Below, in pieces: positions 58,418 to 64,000 of a stretch of 64,000 nt of DNA (its first letter is position 1; each line of letters begins with the position of its first letter). A model generated the notes under the pieces. The model was not told the DNA's origin and did no database searches. It worked only from the letters and a program-made list of their open reading frames with translations. Source of the DNA: an uncultured Actinomycetota bacterium (GTDB lineage Bacteria; Actinomycetota; Acidimicrobiia; Spongiisociales; UBA4744); contig CAVQVN010000009.1 in the NCBI GenBank assembly GCA_963717135.1, positions 318,386-382,385 of the forward strand. The letters run 5' to 3'. The position numbers and the translations under genes are program-made.

Positions 58418-58756
58418 ATGACGTCCGCCCCCGAGCCGGTCACCCGAAGGTGGTCGGTCTTGCTCGAGTGGATCCTCACTCTGTACGCCAGTGTGACGTT
58501 CCTGGTGCTCTGGGTCGGCTTTGCACTCGCCCTCATCGCCAATCAGGAGTGGCTTGATCGTCTGTGGCTCTGCCTCCAAGACCTGCCCCGGGTGCTGGAG
58601 ATCGTCGTCTGGGTGTTGTTCCTCCCCATTACCGTGACCCTGTGGATCTGGCAGTCCTCCTGGTCGACCCTTGGACGGGTGGTCGGCTTCACAGGGATGA
58701 TTGCCTGGACCCTGTTGGCTTTGTCGAGTCTGCGGCGACTCGCCAGGTCGAACTAA
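58418..58756 (+). CDS. Hypothetical Trp-rich 3-TM membrane protein
   Basis: LWVGFALAL..LDRLW..WVLFLP..LWIWQSSW. Confidence 0.75.
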   Translation: MTSAPEPVTRRWSVLLEWILTLYASVTFLVLWVGFALALIANQEWLDRLWLCLQDLPRVLEIVVWVLFLPITVTLWIWQSSWSTLGRVVGFTGMIAWTLLALSSLRRLARSN

Positions 58757-58802
58757 CCACAAGGCATCGGCGGTGGCCAGAACAACCTTCGCTCGCCGGT
58801 CG

Positions 58803-59096
58803 TTACCTCTTCGTCAGGACTCGCAGCAAGGCCCCCACGGCGAGATGGTCTTCGAGAGGATGTCGCAGGTTCAACTCAGCGTTTACCTCGTAGTGATTCC
58901 GCCGTCCGACCCTGTCGTGGGTGATATATCCGGCTTCCTCGAGCTCGGCAACGATGCGCTGCACCGCCCGCTCGGTGATACCAACCTGGTCGGCTGCCTC
59001 CCGTAACCGAATATCGGGATTCTCGGCTATGCACAACAACACATGGGTGTGGTTGGTGAGAAAGGTCCAGCCGGGAGTCTCTATTTGTCGCGCCAT
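58803..59096 (-). CDS. Winged-helix regulator (WTFLTNH type, MarR/AsnC-like)
   Basis: RBS GGAGG; WTFLTNHTHVL, GITERAVQRIVAEL, GRRNHY, RHPLE. Confidence 0.9.
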   Translation of the reverse strand: MARQIETPGWTFLTNHTHVLLCIAENPDIRLREAADQVGITERAVQRIVAELEEAGYITHDRVGRRNHYEVNAELNLRHPLEDHLAVGALLRVLTKR

Positions 59097-59133
59097 ACGT
59101 CCTCCAAAACAGGAAAAGATTTGCTGGTGAGGT

Positions 59134-60063
59134 TCACGGCAGCGACACCGGAGTCGCAAACCCGTCCGGTTTGACGGCCAGCACACTCGTGTCGAGCGAG
59201 CCGAGGACCTTCTCCGCGGTGTTGCCGATCAGCAGGCCGGCAATTCCCCCCCGGGCCAGTGTGCCCATGACCACCACTTCGGGATTCAGAGAGGTAGCAA
59301 TCTCGGTAATCACCGGAAACGGATCACCCTTGGAAAGGTGTATAGAGACGTCATCAGCGGGTACTCCGGTGTCGGCGATGAGTTTGTCGACGGCCGTGCG
59401 GGCGGTGACGAATGCCTCTTCCACCAGTCTGTCGACCTCGCCGACCGGCAAACTGACCCGTCCGTTCCGCAGCAGCGTCTCACCGCGGAGGCCCCAGGCG
59501 TGAACAAGATGAAACTTGCCCCCCTGTCGCGCGGCCAGCGACGAACCCAATTCAACGATCTTGCGGTCCATCTGGGAGGGTTCAGGCTCCTCGAACGGTC
59601 CGACTGCCGCCAGCACGTCTCCATTTCCGGTGACCCCCGACCGGTAGACCCAGACGGGGACCGGACACTTCCTCAGCAAGTGCATTGTGTTGGACGCCCG
59701 CCACAAGCCCGAGGCCCCCGGCGCCTGGTCCGGCGGCATCATCACCAGATCATGCTCGAAGGCTATCGTGCGCCGAACGACTTCGAGGAACAGAGTGCCG
59801 GTCGACACAGCAATCTCCGCCGCAACCGAACAACCGTCGGCGAGTTCCGCCAACTCGTTGCTTCGGGCTTGCTCAACCATCCGGCGCAGATCGTCGGTCG
59901 AGTAGTCGGCCGATCGACGTTTGGTGATACCGATCGGCGGAACCGCGTCGAAAACCGTTATCCGGGCGCCGTTCTGCTCGGCCAACCGTTCGGCCGCCTT
60001 CAGGGTTTCGGTGGTCTCGACCCCCGGTGGACTGACCACCAGGATGCTTTCGAACCGCTTCAT
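59134..60063 (-). CDS. Tandem-domain universal stress protein (UspE-like)
   Basis: HLLRKCPVPVW, HLVHAW, VVMGTLARGGIAGLLIGNTAEKVL, VLAVKP. Confidence 0.92.
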   Translation of the reverse strand: MKRFESILVVSPPGVETTETLKAAERLAEQNGARITVFDAVPPIGITKRRSADYSTDDLRRMVEQARSNELAELADGCSVAAEIAVSTGTLFLEVVRRTIAFEHDLVMMPPDQAPGASGLWRASNTMHLLRKCPVPVWVYRSGVTGNGDVLAAVGPFEEPEPSQMDRKIVELGSSLAARQGGKFHLVHAWGLRGETLLRNGRVSLPVGEVDRLVEEAFVTARTAVDKLIADTGVPADDVSIHLSKGDPFPVITEIATSLNPEVVVMGTLARGGIAGLLIGNTAEKVLGSLDTSVLAVKPDGFATPVSLP

Positions 60064-60083
60064 GGCTTCTCCTCTCGGTCCAG

Positions 60084-60152
60084 ATATACGAAATACGAAA
60101 CACGTTTTGAATTTCTTACGTTATGCTATCATACGTCTCCAATTTCGTATAT
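60084..60152. promoter_or_regulatory. AT-rich divergent promoter/operator region
   Basis: 11-bp inverted repeat ATATACGAAAT (60084) / ATTTCGTATAT (60142); ATACG-N10-CGTAT (60131-60150); extended -10 TGcTATCAT on the + strand. Confidence 0.65.
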
Positions 60153-60236
60153 TTCAAGTCAGGTTTTAAGAACCGTGTTTTCAGAAACAGGTAAACGGCG
60201 AGATCTCCCGCGATCTCTGAACCCGTGGGTAAACCG

Positions 60237-62528
60237 ATGACGCTGATCGGTCTCCTCGTCGCGCACGTCTTGGCAGCGTTCGCTCTGGCCCTCTTGTCGG
60301 GGCGAGGACGACGTGCCGGGGCGACGCTGGCCGGCGGGTTGATGGCCGCAACTCTGCTGTGGGGACTGATTCGGGCCGGTGCCGTGCTCGACGGGGAGAC
60401 CATCACCGAGACCTTGCGCTGGATCCCTTCCCTCGACGTCGGGCTGACGATGAGGATCGACCCGCTGGCGGTGATCTTCATCATCCTGATCGCCGGGATC
60501 GGCCTCGCCATCGTCGCCTTCGGAGCCTCCTACATGCGGGAGAAGTCCCATCCGAACAGGTTCCTGGCTCTGCTCGTTCTGTTCGCCGGATCGATGATCG
60601 GCCTGGCGGCCGCCGACAACATCTTCGGGCTTTTCGTGTTCTGGGAACTGACGACCATCACTTCTTACTTGCTCATCGGCTTCGACGATGAGAAAGCCGG
60701 CGCCCGCGCCGCCGCTTTTCAGGCGATCCTGACGACCGGTCTCGGGGGCCTCGTTCTGCTCGGTGGCCTCGTTCTGCTGACTCAGGCCGCCGGAACTGCC
60801 TCTTTGGCCGAGATCGTCAGTGCCCCCCCGACGGGAACCCTCTCGACCGTTGCCCTGGTACTGGTCCTGATCGGCGCCTTCACGAAATCGGCCCAGGTGC
60901 CCTTCCATTTCTGGCTGCCGGGGGCCATGGCCGCCCCCACTCCGGCCAGCGCCTACCTGCACTCGGCGACCATGGTCAAAGCCGGCATCCTGATATTGAT
61001 TCGACTGGCGCCCGGGTTCTCCGAGGTGGCGCTGTGGACCCCGGTGGTTGTGTCGGTGGGCCTCGCCACTATGGCCTTGGGAGCCTGGCGAGCCCTCCGC
61101 CAAACTGACCTCAAGCTGCTTCTCGCCTACGGAACGGTGAGCCAGCTCGGGTTCATGACCGCCCTCGCCGGATTCGGTACCCCCGGACTCCTCCATGCGG
61201 CCGTTGCCGTTCTGATCGGACATGCGCTGTTCAAATCTGCCCTCTTCCTGACCGTCGGAGCCGTCGAGGCGATCGGCGGCACACGTGATCTGCGTGAGCT
61301 GTCGGGGGTCGGACGTCACAATCCGCTCCTCGCCCTCGCCGGTGGCATGGCTGCGGCATCGATGGCCGGGGTAGCTCCCCTGCTCGGGTTCGTCACCAAG
61401 GAGGCGGCCTTTGCCGCCCTGATCGAGGAGCGGGCCTGGATACCACTGATGGTCATCGCGGTCGCCTCGGCGGCCACGGTCGCCTACTCGATCCGTTTCT
61501 GGCGCGGTGCCTTTGGCGGCCGGACCGACCCGGCGGTGGCCCGAGCTGAGTCCGGGCGGCGGCGTCCCGGCAGCGGTCTGTGGGCCGCCCCGCTGAGCCT
61601 GGCGGCTCTCGGGTTGGCGCTCGGACTGGCGCCCGGAACGGCCGACCAGTTTGTTTCTGCCGTTTCCGCAGGGGCCAAGCTGGTGTTGTGGCCCGGCTGG
61701 AAGCCCGCTTTGGGGGTCTCCGCCGTCGTCCTGGTGGTCGGCGCGGTCATGCACATCTTCCGTGAACCGATCGGCCGGCTTCAGAGCAACTTCGGTCGAG
61801 GACTCATCGCCCGGGCCTCCAGCGAGGCGGCCTACCGGGGTTCGGTTTCGTTTCTGAATCTCGCCGCCGACCGGACGACCGGCCTGATTCAGCACGGTTC
61901 GTTGCCGCTGTATCTGGCGGTGATCCTCCTCGCCACCGTCGGGGCACCGGCCGCAGCCTTTCTTTGGTCTGGTGGTGACTTAGCCGTCGGGGATACTCCA
62001 ACCTCGGTCGCCGAAATCGGGCTGGCGATCTTGACGGTCGCTCCGGCCTTGGTTCTTCTAGGCGTTCAGCAGCGAATGGCGGCGGTCCTGCTGCTCGGCG
62101 CAGTCGGCTACTCAATGGCGGGCCTGTTCGTCCTGTACGGGGCTCCCGACCTGGCGCTGACGCTTCTCCTGGTCGAGACGGTCGTCGTCGCCATATTTGC
62201 TTTCGTCCTCGCCCGGCTCCCCCGACGATTCGAGCAACGCGCCCGGCCGATTCGTCGAGTCGTGCGGGCGACGGTGGCGCTGGCCGTCGGAAGCTTCGTG
62301 ACCGTGGCCGCCCTGCTGGCCGGCGCAGCACGTCCCGAAGGCCCTGCTCCGTCCGATGTCTACGCGGAGCTGGCCCCGGCCGCCGGAGGAACCAACGTTG
62401 TCAACGTCATCCTCACCGACTTCCGGGCGCTCGACACACTCGGCGAGATCACCGTCATTGCCACCGCGGCCATCGGCGTCGCCGCCCTCGTTTCGGGTAT
62501 TCGCGCCCGTCCGCGGGAGAAGACATGA
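60237..62528 (+). CDS. mrpA: Mrp Na+/H+ antiporter subunit A
   Basis: FWELTTITSYLLIG, FTKSAQVPFHFWLPGAMAAPTPASAYLHSATMVKAG, NVVNVILTDFRALDTLGEI. Confidence 0.95.
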   Translation: MTLIGLLVAHVLAAFALALLSGRGRRAGATLAGGLMAATLLWGLIRAGAVLDGETITETLRWIPSLDVGLTMRIDPLAVIFIILIAGIGLAIVAFGASYMREKSHPNRFLALLVLFAGSMIGLAAADNIFGLFVFWELTTITSYLLIGFDDEKAGARAAAFQAILTTGLGGLVLLGGLVLLTQAAGTASLAEIVSAPPTGTLSTVALVLVLIGAFTKSAQVPFHFWLPGAMAAPTPASAYLHSATMVKAGILILIRLAPGFSEVALWTPVVVSVGLATMALGAWRALRQTDLKLLLAYGTVSQLGFMTALAGFGTPGLLHAAVAVLIGHALFKSALFLTVGAVEAIGGTRDLRELSGVGRHNPLLALAGGMAAASMAGVAPLLGFVTKEAAFAALIEERAWIPLMVIAVASAATVAYSIRFWRGAFGGRTDPAVARAESGRRRPGSGLWAAPLSLAALGLALGLAPGTADQFVSAVSAGAKLVLWPGWKPALGVSAVVLVVGAVMHIFREPIGRLQSNFGRGLIARASSEAAYRGSVSFLNLAADRTTGLIQHGSLPLYLAVILLATVGAPAAAFLWSGGDLAVGDTPTSVAEIGLAILTVAPALVLLGVQQRMAAVLLLGAVGYSMAGLFVLYGAPDLALTLLLVETVVVAIFAFVLARLPRRFEQRARPIRRVVRATVALAVGSFVTVAALLAGAARPEGPAPSDVYAELAPAAGGTNVVNVILTDFRALDTLGEITVIATAAIGVAALVSGIRARPREKT

Positions 62529-62962
62529 ACGTCCGCCCCTCACTTCTGGTCCAGACCGGTTCGCGTACCATCGTGCCGACCATCGTGGCCGTGTCGCTGT
62601 TTCTACTGGTGGTCGGTCACGACGCTCCGGGAGGGGGCTTCGTGGGTGGTCTCCTGGCCGGTGCCGCCCTCCTGGTGGTTTTCCTGGCGGGCGGCAGACG
62701 CGCCGTTGTCTCGCTACTCGGGGTACCCCCCCGCTCGATTCTCGGCCTCGGTATTGCCGTGTCGGTCGCCACTGCCGCATTGGGACTCGTCTTCGGTTCT
62801 GCTTTCTTCGACGCCGGCAAGCTCACGCTCGACCTCTGGTTGGTGGGGAAGATTTCGGTGAGCTCCACGTTGGTCTTCGACATCGGCGTCTACCTCGTCG
62901 TAGTCGGATTGATCCTCACCGTGCTCAACGAGCTTGGGGATCCGGAGAGGGAGGACGCATGA
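62525..62962 (+). CDS. mrpB: Mrp antiporter subunit B
   Basis: GHDAPGGGFVGGL, FDIGVYLVVVG; ATGA overlap with mrpA. Confidence 0.93.
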   Translation: MNVRPSLLVQTGSRTIVPTIVAVSLFLLVVGHDAPGGGFVGGLLAGAALLVVFLAGGRRAVVSLLGVPPRSILGLGIAVSVATAALGLVFGSAFFDAGKLTLDLWLVGKISVSSTLVFDIGVYLVVVGLILTVLNELGDPEREDA

Positions 62963-63321
62963 GTCCGGTCCTGGCCCTCACCGCCGGTGCCTTGTTCGCC
63001 GCCGGTACCTACCTGATCATGCAGCGAATCCTCACCCGCATAATCGTCGGGCTCGGGTTGATCAGCCACGGTGCCAACCTGCTTCTGCTCGGATCCGGGG
63101 GAGCGCCCGGAGCCGCTCCGATCCTGGACGGCAGCGATCAGGCGCTGGCCGACCCTCTGCCGCAGGCGTTGGTGTTGACCGCCCTGGTCATAACCTTCGG
63201 CGTCACGGCCTTCCTGTTGGCACTGGCCTACCGAAGCCAGGTGCTGACCCGTTCTGATGCGGTCGAAGACGATCTCGAGGATCGCCGCATCTCCGCGGCC
63301 CACCGGAAGGACGCGGCATGA
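62959..63321 (+). CDS. mrpC: Mrp antiporter subunit C
   Basis: ATG 62959; HGANLLL, DPLPQALVLTALVI. Confidence 0.93.
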   Translation: MSPVLALTAGALFAAGTYLIMQRILTRIIVGLGLISHGANLLLLGSGGAPGAAPILDGSDQALADPLPQALVLTALVITFGVTAFLLALAYRSQVLTRSDAVEDDLEDRRISAAHRKDAA

Positions 63322-64000
63322 GCGCCTTGATCGGACTTCTCCTGGTGATCCCGTTGGGGGCCATGGCGCTCACGCTGCTGGTACGGCATCTGGTAATTCA
63401 ACGCTTCGTTTCGCTGTCCGCCTCGGCAACCACGTTGGTCATCAGCCTGATCGTCCTGGTAAACGTCGATGCCAACGGAACCGCTCTGTTGAACGTTGGC
63501 GGTTGGGGACCGTCGATCGGGATCACGCTGGTCGCCGATCGTTTCGCGGCTCTCATGCTGAGTGTTTCGGCGGCTGCCTTGTTGGGGGTGCTGGCCTTCG
63601 CAGTGGGCCAGCGCGAAAACGATCAGGCCTTCCCGGCCTTTCACGCCGTCTATCAAACCCTGGCCGCCGGTGTGGTGCTCGCCTTTCTCACCGGGGACCT
63701 TTTCACCCTGTTCGTGGCATTCGAGGTAATGCTCACCGCCAGCTACGTGCTGATCACTCACCGCTCCGGCGCCCAGCAAGTGCGAGCGACGATCACCTAC
63801 GTCGTCGTCGGCCTGGTTGCCTCAGGGCTGTTTCTGGTCGCCATCAGTTTGCTGTATGCCGCCACCGGGACCGTCAACCTGGCCGGCCTGGCGGACCGGC
63901 TCGACACTATCGATCCGGCCTTACGCGCCGGTCTCGGGTGGCTCCTGTTCATGGTGTTCGGCATCAAAGCGGCCATCTTCCCGCTCTTCTTCTGGCTGCC
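63318..64000 (+). CDS. mrpD: Mrp antiporter subunit D, truncated by window end
   Basis: Manual translation from ATG 63318: VGGWGPSIGITLVADRF, FLTGDLFTLFVAFEVMLTASYVL, ATGTVNLA, FGIKAAIFPLFFWL. Confidence 0.92.
   Translation, partial: MSALIGLLLVIPLGAMALTLLVRHLVIQRFVSLSASATTLVISLIVLVNVDANGTALLNVGGWGPSIGITLVADRFAALMLSVSAAALLGVLAFAVGQRENDQAFPAFHAVYQTLAAGVVLAFLTGDLFTLFVAFEVMLTASYVLITHRSGAQQVRATITYVVVGLVASGLFLVAISLLYAATGTVNLAGLADRLDTIDPALRAGLGWLLFMVFGIKAAIFPLFFWL

Noticed and set aside
60159-61895. 578-aa minus-strand ORF
   Set aside because: Antisense shadow of mrpA.
1-64000. Prophage, transposase, integrase, tRNA, rRNA or known anti-phage defence operon
   Set aside because: No hallmark genes or RNA folds recognised. 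The cyclases lack an adjacent cNMP-effector partner of the Pycsar type.

Overview
High-GC bacterial chromosomal window, most consistent with Actinomycetota. Acidimicrobiia is likely, inferred from gene content: F420-dependent reductases, a DUF222-HNH protein, an actinobacterial LexA box, many class III cyclases and Thr-rich lipoproteins. It holds about 65 mostly housekeeping or accessory CDSs: three class III nucleotide cyclases, two cNMP-binding membrane proteins, hypA, a heme/cobalamin-type ABC importer, fabH, serA, a divergent AhcY homologue, a sortase-anchored adhesin with five near-identical 306-bp repeats, and the start of an mrp Na+/H+ antiporter operon. I recognised no rRNA, tRNA, CRISPR array or transposase. 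The best non-coding signals are: (1) a c-di-GMP-II-like riboswitch with a variant junction and an anti-RBS expression platform directly upstream of the adhesin; (2) a leaderless DUF222-HNH gene with a PafBC-type promoter and a perfect LexA box over its start codon; (3) several unannotated small ORFs, one with an attenuator-like layout. Four clear and one probable +1 frameshift cluster at 35.8-42.5 kb and are probably assembly errors. All family calls come from motif recognition by eye; no searches were run.
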